DNA of 64,000 nt from Candidatus Nomurabacteria bacterium RIFCSPHIGHO2_01_FULL_36_23 (GCA_001786745.1 MFTF01000018.1:23577-87576), one strand, 5' to 3'. Counted from the stretch's first letter, positions 37,853-48,338 are shown. Made by a program: numbers and translations. Notes: generated by a model not told the origin, from the letters alone.

Positions 37853-39097
37853 GTGACTTACTTACCCAAAAAGACAGCATTAAGCTGTTTTTTTGGTATT
37901 GTTATGCAACAAAAAAATGAACCGTTGGTAAAAAAAAGTTTCTGTTCTTATTGTGGAGATGCTCCCATTAACCATTCTTTTTCTTTCCTAGAGAGTTTTA
38001 TTTCAATTACGCTAGAAACTCATGCAATCAAGATTATAAAATATGTTCCCAAGTTTATAAAAAACTTTGTTGATTTAATTCCTAAATTTTTATTTGAAAC
38101 ATTGGCACTTTTTAAACTGGTGAAATTTTCTGGAGACATTGACGGGGCGCATACATTTCGCTCTAGAGTTATCTGGGAAGAAGCAAAAAAGAGAGGAATA
38201 ATAATGGAACAAGTAATATTTCTGAACAAACCTCTAGATTTCTATCGTGCGACGCTAAACGGCAAAAATATTTACTTTGAAAGTATGCCCATAAGGTCAG
38301 AATTTTTAGAAATGAGAAAAAATTGGGATGATAAAATTGTGCTCAAGCGAGAATTTAAAAAGCATAATATTCCGGTTCCATCTTGTTTTGAACTATTATT
38401 TTGGAACTTTAAAAATAGAGAAGAAATATTTTTCAAACTTACAAAACCCATAATTGTTAAACCAAGAGTGGGCTCTCGCGGCCGGCATACCATTACTAAC
38501 ATTAATACCCTACAACAATTTCGCGAGGGCATTAATATTGCCGGACAAATATGTTCCCATTTGGTTGTTGAAGAGCATTTAAAAGGCAGTGTTTGCAGGG
38601 TAACTCTAGTGGGCGGAGTTCTAGCGGGATTTTACAGAGGGCAAGCTCCAGCTATCATAGGTGACGGCAAAAAAACAATTAAAGAACTCATAGAAGAAAA
38701 AGATAATAAACGCCAGAATCGAGTCGAGCCCATACGTATTTCAAAAGAATTACACGAGCATATTCTACGGTCGGGATTTGTCGTTGATGATATTTTACCT
38801 GAAGGAGTTTCTTTGTCTCTTTCTCATCGTATCGGTAGATTATTTGGAGGCACAACCAAAGAAATGCTTAATAATCTCCATCCAAGCTTTATTCCTATTT
38901 TAAAAGAGGCTGCGAAAATAGTGAGTTTATTAGTAGTGGGTTTTGACTGCATAATTCCTGATCCGACAAAAGAAGCTAGTTCACAAAAATGGGGGATTAT
39001 TGAATGCAACTCTTTGCCATTTATAGATTTACACTATTATGCGTTGGAAGGAAAACCGAAAAATATCGCTGGTATGATTTGGGATATGTGGAATTAA
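37853..39097 (+). CDS. ATP-grasp domain protein (RimK/cyanophycin-synthetase-like ligase)
   Basis: ATP-grasp signature IIVKPRVGSRGRHTI and a downstream Gly-rich loop. The N-terminal region carries CSYCGD. Confidence 0.55.
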   Translation: MTYLPKKTALSCFFGIVMQQKNEPLVKKSFCSYCGDAPINHSFSFLESFISITLETHAIKIIKYVPKFIKNFVDLIPKFLFETLALFKLVKFSGDIDGAHTFRSRVIWEEAKKRGIIMEQVIFLNKPLDFYRATLNGKNIYFESMPIRSEFLEMRKNWDDKIVLKREFKKHNIPVPSCFELLFWNFKNREEIFFKLTKPIIVKPRVGSRGRHTITNINTLQQFREGINIAGQICSHLVVEEHLKGSVCRVTLVGGVLAGFYRGQAPAIIGDGKKTIKELIEEKDNKRQNRVEPIRISKELHEHILRSGFVVDDILPEGVSLSLSHRIGRLFGGTTKEMLNNLHPSFIPILKEAAKIVSLLVVGFDCIIPDPTKEASSQKWGIIECNSLPFIDLHYYALEGKPKNIAGMIWDMWN

Positions 39098-39153
39098 TTA
39101 TTATTTGTATAATTTTCTAGCATATGCGGAAATCTTATACATTGGTAAATTTT

Positions 39154-39804
39154 CTAATGCGCCACGGTAAAAGCTATTATTTTTCTTGCGCCGGCGCGCT
39201 TGAGGATTTTTCTTGCTTCACTTAAAGTTGCGCCAGTGGTGGTAACATCGTCTATAAGAATTATATTTTTATTTTTTATTTTTTCTGTATTTTTCACTAC
39301 AAAAGAATCAATAATATTTTTCAGGCGTTCACTACGGTTTTCAATGCGCGCTTGATGTTTTGTATCTTTTATTTTGATTAAAATATTATTCTCAAGCTTA
39401 AAATTCACGTTATTATCTAACTTTGTCAATTCTTTACATATCAATTCTGCTTGATTGAATCCCCGTTCTCGGTATCGGTCAGAAGAAAGTGGAATGGGGA
39501 TTAGAATAATATCCGTAAAGTTTTCCATTATAGATAAATCAGACAATTCTTCTAAAATCCTTCCATAAACAACTTCCGCAAAAACGCTCGCAAGAAGTTT
39601 TTTACCTTTATATTTCAAAAACCACACAGCTTTTTTTATCGGCGGATACCGATAGTCAAAAATAGGGAAAATCCAATTGGCGCTTTCACGCTCGGCGGGA
39701 GGAGAATCTAGGAGACATTTTACACATAAAAATGTCCCACTTTTTGAGCAGGATAGACAATACGTAGGGAAAACTAAATCTAATATAGCGCTTAAAAAGC
39801 TCAT
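39154..39804 (-). CDS. comFC: Competence protein ComFC (phosphoribosyltransferase-type, N-terminal zinc finger)
   Basis: Motif CLSCSKSGTFLCVKCL and PRTase motif IILIDDVTTTGATL. Confidence 0.75.
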   Translation of the reverse strand: MSFLSAILDLVFPTYCLSCSKSGTFLCVKCLLDSPPAERESANWIFPIFDYRYPPIKKAVWFLKYKGKKLLASVFAEVVYGRILEELSDLSIMENFTDIILIPIPLSSDRYRERGFNQAELICKELTKLDNNVNFKLENNILIKIKDTKHQARIENRSERLKNIIDSFVVKNTEKIKNKNIILIDDVTTTGATLSEARKILKRAGARKIIAFTVAH

Positions 39805-39825
39805 TATGATATAATATTAGCACAA

Positions 39826-40974
39826 ATGAACAATTCATTGAAAAATTTTTTTGCAAAAATAAAGAGTATTGTCAGTGACCCAGAGAGTAGTGCTGTCGGT
39901 ATTGATATTGGCTCTTCGGCAATTAAAGTGGTTGAAATTAAAAAAAAAAGAGGCAAAGTGATACTTGAAACTTATGGAGCAATAGCGCTTGGTCCCTATG
40001 CCAGTCTTGATGCAGGACAAGTTACCAATCTTTCAGTTGAAAAAATAGCAGAAGCTTTAAAGGAAGTTTTAAAGCAATCCGGCGTATCTAGTTCTTCTTT
40101 AGCTTTTTCTATTCCAGTGCAAGCAAGTTTAATTTTTACCATTGAACTTCCGGCGCAAATAAAGGAAAATGAAGTGGCGGTGATTATTTCCACAGAAGCG
40201 CGTAAATATATTCCAGTGCCAATTACGGAAGTTTCTCTTGATTATTTTATATTGCCGAAAAAAGAATCTTCTTTTGAAGAAGCAAACACTGACATAGCTG
40301 ATATAAAAAATGCCAATCTTCCACCAGCGCAAAAAGAAAAAACAAATGTGCTTGTCGTTGCTACACAAAATGATGCAGTTTCCAGGTTTCGTTCCATTGT
40401 TTCTCAATCTGCTCTTTCCGCTTCTTTCTTTGAAATTGAAATATTTTCTTCAATTAGAGCTAATTTTGAACATGAACTTTCCCCTGTCCTTTTAATGGAT
40501 TTTGGCGCATCGCGTACTAAACTTTCTATTGTTGAATTCGGCATGATTAAGGGTTATCATTCAATAGAAAGAGGCGGAGCTGATATATCTTTGTCCATTT
40601 CTCAATCTTTAGGTGTTCCTTTTTTTGAAGCAGAAAAAATGAAAAAAGAATTTGGTCTTTTTGAAAATCCCGCAGAAAAAAGTTTATCTGATATTATTAA
40701 AATTCATACTAATTATATTTTTTCTGAGACAAATAATCTATTATTGGGGTATGAAAAGAAATATAATAGAACGATAAGCAAGGTAATATTTTCGGGCGGA
40801 GGCTCTCTTTTAAAAGGATTAACAGAAGAAGCGGTCAATAATTTTCGAGCTGAAATAGTAATTGGTCATCCATTTAATAAAGTGGGCGCGCCGGCATTTT
40901 TAGAGAGAGTTCTTGGGGCGATTGGTCCTGAATTCGCGGTTGCCCTCGGTTTAGCATTGCGAAAATTACAATAA
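39826..40974 (+). CDS. pilM: Type IV pilus assembly protein PilM (actin-like ATPase)
   Basis: Motif VGIDIGSSAIKVVEI and an actin-fold phosphate loop. Confidence 0.8.
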   Translation: MNNSLKNFFAKIKSIVSDPESSAVGIDIGSSAIKVVEIKKKRGKVILETYGAIALGPYASLDAGQVTNLSVEKIAEALKEVLKQSGVSSSSLAFSIPVQASLIFTIELPAQIKENEVAVIISTEARKYIPVPITEVSLDYFILPKKESSFEEANTDIADIKNANLPPAQKEKTNVLVVATQNDAVSRFRSIVSQSALSASFFEIEIFSSIRANFEHELSPVLLMDFGASRTKLSIVEFGMIKGYHSIERGGADISLSISQSLGVPFFEAEKMKKEFGLFENPAEKSLSDIIKIHTNYIFSETNNLLLGYEKKYNRTISKVIFSGGGSLLKGLTEEAVNNFRAEIVIGHPFNKVGAPAFLERVLGAIGPEFAVALGLALRKLQ

Positions 40975-41066
40975 AAACTATTAACAAGAACAGTTCTTGC
41001 CAATAGTAAAGTTATACACAATATACTTCATTAAAAGTTGTTTTTGTAATATAATAATATGGTAAA

Positions 41067-41720
41067 ATGGAGCAAAATTTTCAAACATCATTTATACCTA
41101 AAAAATCTATAGTCAAAGAACGCGCTGTTGTGGCGCGACCTGTTAGTTTTTTGGTTATTATTTCCATTTTTATTTTATTTTCTATGTTAATCGGGACAGG
41201 TGGTCTTTATTTCTATAAAAAAATTATGGAAAAAAATATCACAGAAATGGAAAACAGCCTAAACGCAGCCAAAAATCGCTTTGAACCTTCTAGAATAACA
41301 GAACTTCAGGTGCTAGACAAGCGTTTGCGCGCGTCAAGTGAAATTTTATCTAAACACATAGCAGTAACGCCTATTTTTAAGGCATTGCAACTAATTACTA
41401 TGAAAACTGTTCGTTATATTAAATTTAGTTATGATTTTACAAATGAAATAAATTCTAAAGTGCTTGTAAAAATGAATGGACACGCAGTCGGGTATCGTTC
41501 TATCGCCCTTCAGGCGGATCTCTTTACTAAAAATAAAAACTTAATTGATCCAATTTTTTCCAATCTTACACTTGACGACAAAGGCAGTGTCCTATTTGAT
41601 TTGGAGTTTTCGGTCGATCCAAGTTTTGTTGGTTATAAACAGACACTCTTAACAGAAAATGAGAGTGGCCAAAATGATAATTCTTTTAATCCTCTTGCGG
41701 AAGTTGGCACGGAAAATTAA
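41067..41720 (+). CDS. pilN: PilN-like bitopic membrane protein
   Basis: Single TM near the N-terminus followed by a coiled-coil. Gene order is pilM-N-O. Confidence 0.55.
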   Translation: MEQNFQTSFIPKKSIVKERAVVARPVSFLVIISIFILFSMLIGTGGLYFYKKIMEKNITEMENSLNAAKNRFEPSRITELQVLDKRLRASSEILSKHIAVTPIFKALQLITMKTVRYIKFSYDFTNEINSKVLVKMNGHAVGYRSIALQADLFTKNKNLIDPIFSNLTLDDKGSVLFDLEFSVDPSFVGYKQTLLTENESGQNDNSFNPLAEVGTEN

Positions 41721-41729
41721 TTTATTTTT

Positions 41730-42332
41730 ATGATTAGATACATTATAGCGATTATTTTAATGGGAATCAGTCTTGTCGGGTTCTTTTCTTTTTCCAGTCC
41801 TCTTTACAAAGATATATCCGATCTAAAGATGCAAATAGCATCTTACAATGAAGCGCTTGATAATTCTAAAGCGCTTGAAAACGAGCGAGACAAATTGACT
41901 GCTAAGTATAATGCTATTAACCCGGAAAATTTAGTAAGAATTCAAAAACTTTTGCCCGATAATATTGACAATATACGTTTGATTCTTGAAATAGAAAAAG
42001 TAGCTTTGCCTTATGATATGGTCTTAAAAAATGTTAAATTTAATACAGTAAAAAAGGAAAATACAACACCAGAAACAGGAGCAACCCAAGGGGGTGGAAC
42101 TCAAGTGGATCAATCTTTTAACAAAGATTATGGATCATGGGATCTAGAATTTTCTACGAGTGGCACTTATAATAATTTCATTAACTTTACAAAAGATTTA
42201 GAAAGCAATCTAAGAATTGTGGATATATCATCAATTCAATTTTCATCCGGTCCAGACACGAAACTGAATCCCTCCTTGCCTGAAGTTTATAAATTTGATT
42301 TTAAAATTAAAACTTATTGGCTAAAAAATTAA
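41730..42332 (+). CDS. pilO: PilO-like bitopic membrane protein
   Basis: N-terminal TM, a coiled-coil, and gene order. Confidence 0.5.
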   Translation: MIRYIIAIILMGISLVGFFSFSSPLYKDISDLKMQIASYNEALDNSKALENERDKLTAKYNAINPENLVRIQKLLPDNIDNIRLILEIEKVALPYDMVLKNVKFNTVKKENTTPETGATQGGGTQVDQSFNKDYGSWDLEFSTSGTYNNFINFTKDLESNLRIVDISSIQFSSGPDTKLNPSLPEVYKFDFKIKTYWLKN

Positions 42333-42378
42333 AATAATTTTGCCCGAGCTTAAAAAGCTTTAGGGCTAAAAAACTAAA

Positions 42379-42744
42379 ATGTCTCCAAAAATAAAAAACA
42401 TCATAATATTTGTAGGAATTGCAGCAGTTTTTATTTTGATTTATATTTTTTTTATAAAAAAGCCCCAACCCCAGGCTGATTTAGTTTCTTCTTCCAACCC
42501 CACATTTTCTTCTTTTTCCAGTATACCCGATACAATGATTTCAAACCAGAGACCCCTGATTGCCAAAGATTTTCTTTCTTTGCTTTTGAATGTTAAAAAT
42601 ATAAAATTAGACGATGCTATTTTCTCTGACAGCGCATTTAATAATTTGCGCGATTCTAGTATCATACTTATACCTGATGGAAATGAGGGGCGGCCCAATC
42701 CATTTGCTCCGCTTGGAACCGATAATGTTGAGGCACCCATATGA
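42379..42744 (+). CDS. Small bitopic membrane protein associated with the pilus cluster (PilP-position)
   Basis: One N-terminal TM helix. No assignable domain. Confidence 0.4.
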   Translation: MSPKIKNIIIFVGIAAVFILIYIFFIKKPQPQADLVSSSNPTFSSFSSIPDTMISNQRPLIAKDFLSLLLNVKNIKLDDAIFSDSAFNNLRDSSIILIPDGNEGRPNPFAPLGTDNVEAPI

Positions 42745-44489
42745 GTTTTTTAGAAGAATTAAGTAAAAAAGGCGTAATCAATGAGAGCCAAATAGGTGAA
42801 ATTAAAAATCGCGCAAAAGAGAAGTATAATGGAAATATTGACGAAGCCCTTATTGAATCTGGCGTTTCAGAAGAAAAAATTCTTGAAGTAAAAGGGGAGT
42901 ATTTGCGAATACCAGTGAAGAAAATAAATGTTCAAGATGTGTCTTTTGACGTTCTTCAATATATTTCAGAAGATTCGGCGACACATTATCATTTTGTTCC
43001 AATTGATCTTAAGGAAGGAGTATTGGAAGTGGGCATTACAGATCCAGAGAATACACAGGCGATGGATGCCTTACAGTTTATTTCAGCCAAGCTCGGTATT
43101 CCTTTTAAAATTTTTCTCATTTCGGAAAGTGACTATAAAAATATAATAGAAACCTATAAAGGCATATCGAGCCAGGTAGAAGAAGCGCTTAAAGAATTAA
43201 ACCAAGATGAAGCAATTGATGCAAAAAGTTTAAGCAAGGAAAATTTAGATAAAGAGATAAAAGATATAAAACCGGGAGAGGAAGCCAAAATAATAGAAGA
43301 TGCGCCAGTTATAAAAATTGTTGCTGTAATGCTGAGTAATGCCATAGAGGGGAATTCTTCTGATATCCATATTGAGCACGGAGGAGACAAGATAAAAGTA
43401 CGTTATCGCGTAGATGGCTCCCTTTACACTAGCATAGTATTACCCCTCAATGTTTATAGTGGAATAATTGCGCGTATAAAAATTCTTGCCAAATTGCGAT
43501 TAGACGAGAAAAGAAAACCCCAAGACGGGTCTTTTAGCGCAACTATTAATGGACGCAAGGTTGATTTTCGTGTTTCTACAATGCCGGCATATTATGGCGA
43601 GAAAATTGTTATGCGTATTTTAGATTCTGAAAAGGGAGTTAAGCCTCTGGATCAATTAGGTCTATCAGAAACAAATCTCAAAATGACCAGAGAGGCGCTT
43701 GCCCAGCCGTATGGAATTATTCTTATCACTGGTCCGACAGGGTCTGGAAAATCCACCACTCTATATTCAATGATGAATGAACTTGATCAGGAAAAAAACA
43801 ATATTGTATCCTTGGAAGATCCAGTAGAATATCATATGCCCAATATTAATCAATCTCAAGTAATGCCCGAAATCGGATATACTTTTGCGACGGGGCTACG
43901 TTCTATTTTTCGTCAAGATCCGGACATAATAATGGTTGGAGAAATTCGTGATAAAGAAACAGCCCAACTTGCTATTCAAGCGGCTTTGACTGGACACCTC
44001 GTTCTTTCAACTCTCCATACAAATAGCGCTATTGGCGCAATTCCTCGTCTTATTGATATGGGTATTGATCCGTATCTTATCGCGCCAACCCTAATTCTCT
44101 CTATAGCTCAACGTTTGGCTAAAACGATTTTTCCCGCTTCTAGAAAGCTTATATCAATGGATCCAAGTACTAAAATTCAAATTGAAGAGCAATTTAAAGA
44201 TTTGCCGGATGAATATAGAAAAAAAATTATTTTCAAAGATAAAATGTATGAAGTTGTTCCATCTCCCGAATGTCCTTCTGGCACAAAGGGTCGTATTGCT
44301 ATTTTTGAAATGTTTAAAGTAGATAAGGAAATGGAGGCTACAATACTAAAAAATCCCACCAATGCGGAAATTTACAAAATAGCCCGCAGAAAGGGAATGC
44401 TGATGATGAAAGAAGATGCCATATTGAAATCTCTACAAGGCATTATTCCTTTTAGGGAAGTATATAATTTTAGCAATGAAAATGAGTAA
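42741..44489 (+). CDS. pilB: Type IV pilus assembly ATPase PilB (full length with N-terminal GSPII_E_N domain)
   Basis: Walker A ITGPTGSGKSTTLYS, GspE motif VRYRVDGSLYT, and the N-terminal domain. Confidence 0.85.
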   Translation: MSFLEELSKKGVINESQIGEIKNRAKEKYNGNIDEALIESGVSEEKILEVKGEYLRIPVKKINVQDVSFDVLQYISEDSATHYHFVPIDLKEGVLEVGITDPENTQAMDALQFISAKLGIPFKIFLISESDYKNIIETYKGISSQVEEALKELNQDEAIDAKSLSKENLDKEIKDIKPGEEAKIIEDAPVIKIVAVMLSNAIEGNSSDIHIEHGGDKIKVRYRVDGSLYTSIVLPLNVYSGIIARIKILAKLRLDEKRKPQDGSFSATINGRKVDFRVSTMPAYYGEKIVMRILDSEKGVKPLDQLGLSETNLKMTREALAQPYGIILITGPTGSGKSTTLYSMMNELDQEKNNIVSLEDPVEYHMPNINQSQVMPEIGYTFATGLRSIFRQDPDIIMVGEIRDKETAQLAIQAALTGHLVLSTLHTNSAIGAIPRLIDMGIDPYLIAPTLILSIAQRLAKTIFPASRKLISMDPSTKIQIEEQFKDLPDEYRKKIIFKDKMYEVVPSPECPSGTKGRIAIFEMFKVDKEMEATILKNPTNAEIYKIARRKGMLMMKEDAILKSLQGIIPFREVYNFSNENE

Positions 44490-44559
44490 AACCCCTCCCG
44501 ACCTCCCCTTATCAGAGGAGGTGGAAAAAGTCCCCCTGACAAGGGGGATTAGAGGGTTG
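44490..44559. repeat. GC-rich palindromic repeat element family 2, intergenic copy (CCCCTCCCGACCTCCCC...CCCCCTGACAAGGGGGATT)
   Basis: About 75% identical to the segment at 53221-53299 inside ligA. It forms a long imperfect hairpin. Confidence 0.8.
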
Positions 44560-44586
44560 TATTAAAACTGGCTTGTAGTACAATTA

Positions 44587-45033
44587 GTGTGTATGGAAGG
44601 AGAAAAAACAAAAATTTTAATAATTGATGACGATAATTTTCTTTTAGATATGTATGCGCTTAAATTTAGCCAAAATAATTTTGAGGTGTACACGGCCTTA
44701 AGTGGCATACAGGCAATAAAAAAACTTCAAGGCGGACTTAACCCTAATATTATTTTAATGGATGTAATTATGCCTGAAATGGATGGCTTTGAAATGTTAG
44801 AAAAAATGAACACTAATCAATTATCTCCAAATTCTATAAAAATAATTTTATCCAACAAAAGTCAACAGGAGGATATTGATCGAGGCAACGCATTGGGAGT
44901 AGCAGGTTACATTGTAAAGGCAAATTCCACTCCAATGGAAGTGATAAACCAGGTGACAAGCATTTTAACTAAGAAAGTTAACCCCGACGCAAAGTCAGGA
45001 TCCCGACCTGAAAGCGTCGGGATTAAAAAATAA
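44587..45033 (+). CDS. Stand-alone response-regulator receiver domain (CheY/PilH-like)
   Basis: Motifs ILIIDDD...LMDVIMPEMDGFE...K are present. It sits inside the pilus gene cluster. Confidence 0.7.
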   Translation: MCMEGEKTKILIIDDDNFLLDMYALKFSQNNFEVYTALSGIQAIKKLQGGLNPNIILMDVIMPEMDGFEMLEKMNTNQLSPNSIKIILSNKSQQEDIDRGNALGVAGYIVKANSTPMEVINQVTSILTKKVNPDAKSGSRPESVGIKK

Positions 45034-45038
45034 ACATT

Positions 45039-46097
45039 ATGAACCATAAGGAAAAACTTGCAGAACTTATTTTAACTGTTATCCGCGAAGGGGGATCGGA
45101 TTTGCATTTGGGCGCAGGGCGGGTACCAGCTATTCGTGTCACTGGTGAACTTATCTTTCTTGTAAAGAATTCGGTTTTTACTCAAGAAGATATGATTGGA
45201 ATTTTGAGTGAAGTATTGGATAAAGTAAAAGTTGATAGATTCATGGAAAATCAAGAAGCGGATTTTTCTTATGATTTCCGTGGAGAAGCGCGACTGCGTG
45301 GCAACGCTTTTTTTCAAAAAGGATTAATTAATATTGCTTTTCGGTTATTACCGAAAGTAAAAACTCTGGCAGAGTTGCATTTACCTCCCATCCTCGCAGA
45401 TTTGACTCGTAAAAGACAAGGTTTTTTTCTGGTGGTTGGTCCTGTCGGACAAGGTAAGTCAACCACTATCTCATCAATGATTAATTTAATCAATAATGAA
45501 CAAACACGTCATATTATAACAATTGAAGATCCGATTGAATATTTATTTGTTCCTAATAAATCCATAATTAATCAACGAGAAGTCGGTATTGACACTAAAG
45601 ATTTTCATACGGGGCTTAAGTCAGTTTTTCGCGAGGATGTGAATGTGATAATGATCGGCGAGATGCGCACGCCTGAGACCATAGCAACTGCCGTAACTGC
45701 CGCGGAAACTGGGCATTTGGTGTTTTCAACCTTGCACACTAACAATGCTTCTCAAACAATAGATAGAATAATTGATTCTTTCCCGGGTGATCAACAGGAC
45801 CAAATTCGCGCTCAACTTTCATCCAGTCTGCTGGCCATTTTTTCAGAAAGGCTCATTCCCAGAATTGCCGGAGGGCTTATTCCCGCTTATGAACTTCTTT
45901 TAAATAATAATGCGGTAGCGAATTTAATTCGCGAAAAACGCACGCACGAGATTGATGTAGTTATAGAAACAGGCACGGAATCCGGGATGGTGGATTTAAA
46001 TCATTCACTTATAGAACTTGTGCGTACCGGAGAAATTTCAATAGAAAATGCCTATCAATATTCACTTAATCCTAAAGGGCTTGAACGGATGATTTAA
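45039..46097 (+). CDS. pilT: Twitching-motility retraction ATPase PilT
   Basis: Motifs GPVGQGKSTT and GHLVFSTLHTNNA, with a length typical of PilT. Confidence 0.85.
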   Translation: MNHKEKLAELILTVIREGGSDLHLGAGRVPAIRVTGELIFLVKNSVFTQEDMIGILSEVLDKVKVDRFMENQEADFSYDFRGEARLRGNAFFQKGLINIAFRLLPKVKTLAELHLPPILADLTRKRQGFFLVVGPVGQGKSTTISSMINLINNEQTRHIITIEDPIEYLFVPNKSIINQREVGIDTKDFHTGLKSVFREDVNVIMIGEMRTPETIATAVTAAETGHLVFSTLHTNNASQTIDRIIDSFPGDQQDQIRAQLSSSLLAIFSERLIPRIAGGLIPAYELLLNNNAVANLIREKRTHEIDVVIETGTESGMVDLNHSLIELVRTGEISIENAYQYSLNPKGLERMI

Positions 46098-46113
46098 TAC
46101 TTTATAAATAACC

Positions 46114-47322
46114 ATGTTATTTAAATATAAAGCGGTAGATGATGAAGGAATAAACAAGGAAGGAGAAATTGATGCGCCGAGTCGCGATATGGCGATAAGC
46201 GGACTTCAGCACAGGGGGCTTGTTATTATTTCCATAAAAAATGAAGAAGAAAAGAAATCATTTCTTTCAATTTCTTTTTTTAACAGGGTGTCGACGAAGG
46301 ATATTGTGATTCTTTCCCGTCAGATTTCAACTTTATTTGAAGCGCAAGTGTCTGCCTTAAAAGCTTTCGGCATGCTCGCAACTAATGTAGAAAATAAATT
46401 TTTAGGTCTCAAGCTTGTTCAAATTTGCGATGATCTTAAAGCGGGAGTTTCTATTTCCGGCTCCTTGGCCAAGCACCCCGATGTCTTTTCAAGTTTTTAT
46501 TTGAATATGGTAAAGGTGGGAGAAGAAACCGGAAAACTCAATCAAATTTTTTTGAACTTGGCAGAATATTTAGATCGTCAATATGCTCTTACATCCAAGA
46601 CCAGAAACGCGCTCATTTATCCGATATTCGTTATTATCACTTTTTTTGTTGTCATGGGTCTTATGTTTGTAGTTGTGATTCCAAAACTTTCCGCCATTAT
46701 ATTGGATTCTGGCCAAGCAGTGCCTATTTATACTTCTATCATCATTGCGCTTTCAAATTTTTTCGTTCATTATGGTTTTTTTGTTATAATCTTTTTGGTA
46801 TTTTTAGCTATTTGGCTTTGGAGAATATCCACAACAGAGAAAGGGAAAACATATCTTGACAAAATGCGTCTCTCTATGCCATATGTGGGTAATTTATATA
46901 AACAGCTCTATCTCTCCAGAATAGCCGACAATATGGAAATAATGCTTTCTTCAGGCGTTCAAATTCTTCGGGCAATAGACATCACTTCAGAAGTAGTTGG
47001 CAGTCGCGTCTATAAAGAAATTTTAAATGAAGCGGCGGATGGCGTAAAATCAGGATTGGCTCTTTCGGTTGCGCTGGAAAAACATCAAAAAGAAATACCG
47101 TCTATTTTGATACAGATGGTGAAGGTGGGTGAAGAGACGGGTTCTTTGGATGTTATTTTAAAAACTCTAGCTATTTTTTACAAGCGTGAAGTGGATGATG
47201 CGGTTGATACATTAATTGGTCTAATAGAACCGGTAATGATTGTGGTTTTGGGTTTAGGCGTCGGACTGCTTTTAGTTTCTATCTTAGTGCCGATTTATAA
47301 TATCGCCGGGGGGATTAGTTAG
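46114..47322 (+). CDS. pilC: Type IV pilus platform protein PilC, third copy
   Basis: GspF repeats (GEETGKLNQIF / GEETGSLDVIL). Confidence 0.8.
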   Translation: MLFKYKAVDDEGINKEGEIDAPSRDMAISGLQHRGLVIISIKNEEEKKSFLSISFFNRVSTKDIVILSRQISTLFEAQVSALKAFGMLATNVENKFLGLKLVQICDDLKAGVSISGSLAKHPDVFSSFYLNMVKVGEETGKLNQIFLNLAEYLDRQYALTSKTRNALIYPIFVIITFFVVMGLMFVVVIPKLSAIILDSGQAVPIYTSIIIALSNFFVHYGFFVIIFLVFLAIWLWRISTTEKGKTYLDKMRLSMPYVGNLYKQLYLSRIADNMEIMLSSGVQILRAIDITSEVVGSRVYKEILNEAADGVKSGLALSVALEKHQKEIPSILIQMVKVGEETGSLDVILKTLAIFYKREVDDAVDTLIGLIEPVMIVVLGLGVGLLLVSILVPIYNIAGGIS

Positions 47323-47325
47323 ATT

Positions 47326-47348
47326 CTAGTTGTTAGTAACTAGTTTTT
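47326..47348 (+). terminator. Putative intrinsic terminator after pilC (ctagtt-gttagt-aactag plus TTTTT)
   Basis: 6-bp inverted repeat followed by a T-run. Confidence 0.5.
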
Positions 47349-47393
47349 AGGAAATGATAGAGTATGGGCAGGTGTGGATAACTTTATTAATTT

Positions 47394-47404
47394 TGTGATA
47401 TAAT
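47394..47404 (+). promoter_or_regulatory. Extended -10 promoter element (TGtGaTATAAT) 6 nt upstream of the 47411 start; possible leaderless transcript
   Basis: Sequence tgtgatataat at 47394-47404. Confidence 0.35.
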
Positions 47405-47410
47405 AGAATT

Positions 47411-47653
47411 ATGATTAGTAAAAAGAAAAAAATAATAGCAATAGATGAATTAGCGGTCATGGTTGCAAAGGGTTTTGAAGGTGTTGATAGAAAACTTGAA
47501 GAGGCAAGCAGAAACATGGCCAGAGTTGAAAATAATTTGCTTTACCATATCGGAAGTATAAATAGAAGGCTTGACGATATATCATTTAATAAAGTAAAAT
47601 ATGAAGACCATGATGCTTTGAAGAAGCGAGTGAGTATTTTGGAAAAAGTTTAA
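47411..47653 (+). CDS. Small hypothetical coiled-coil protein
   Basis: 80-aa ORF that is intergenic with respect to other calls. Confidence 0.35.
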   Translation: MISKKKKIIAIDELAVMVAKGFEGVDRKLEEASRNMARVENNLLYHIGSINRRLDDISFNKVKYEDHDALKKRVSILEKV

Positions 47654-47719
47654 TGTTTGTTTATTATTAATCAAGTCGAAATTATTATAAGTTAATATTA
47701 TTAAATAAAAAAATAGGTT

Positions 47720-48205
47720 ATGAAAAAAATAAGTTTCAAAAAAGGTTTCACCTCGGCTTGCCGAAGGCGAGACGGATTTACATTAATTGAACTCTTGGTC
47801 GTGGTTGCCATCATCGGTATTTTAGCTTCCGTTGTGCTCGCTAGCCTAAACAGCGCTAGAACGAAAGGTGCTGACGCGGCCGTTAAATCTAGTATGGCTA
47901 ACTCTCGTGCTCAGGCAGAGCTATTCTATGATACTGGACAGACTTACGCTGGTGTTTGTGCTGTTGGCGCGACTACTATTAATGCAATCTTAGCTGGTGC
48001 TGTCAAGCAAAGTGCTGATGCAGACCAAGTTGTTGGTGATGATGCAGCTGCTACGGCAACCGTAGCTGTCTGTAATGACAGTGCTGCCGCTTGGGCATCC
48101 GAAATGCCACTCAAGGGTGGAAGTTTCTTCTGTGTGGATAGTAGTGGAAAAAGTCAGGTTAATACCGCTGTTGGCCTGGCGGCTGCTGCAGACTACGCTT
48201 GTTAA
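47720..48205 (+). CDS. Type IV major pilin (PilA-like), paralog 1
   Basis: Motif GFTLIELLVVVAIIGILASVVLASLNSAR and a Cys-containing C-terminal D-region. Confidence 0.8.
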   Translation: MKKISFKKGFTSACRRRDGFTLIELLVVVAIIGILASVVLASLNSARTKGADAAVKSSMANSRAQAELFYDTGQTYAGVCAVGATTINAILAGAVKQSADADQVVGDDAAATATVAVCNDSAAAWASEMPLKGGSFFCVDSSGKSQVNTAVGLAAAADYAC

Positions 48206-48338
48206 TAACTATTAACATATTTAATTGTTGCAATAAAAAACAAAAACTACCCTTTTGATTTATCCACAGGGTGTTTTTTGTTTTTATGAATGTGCTATAA
48301 TATAAAAGTTCATTATAAATTTTAACTTTTTTATAAAT

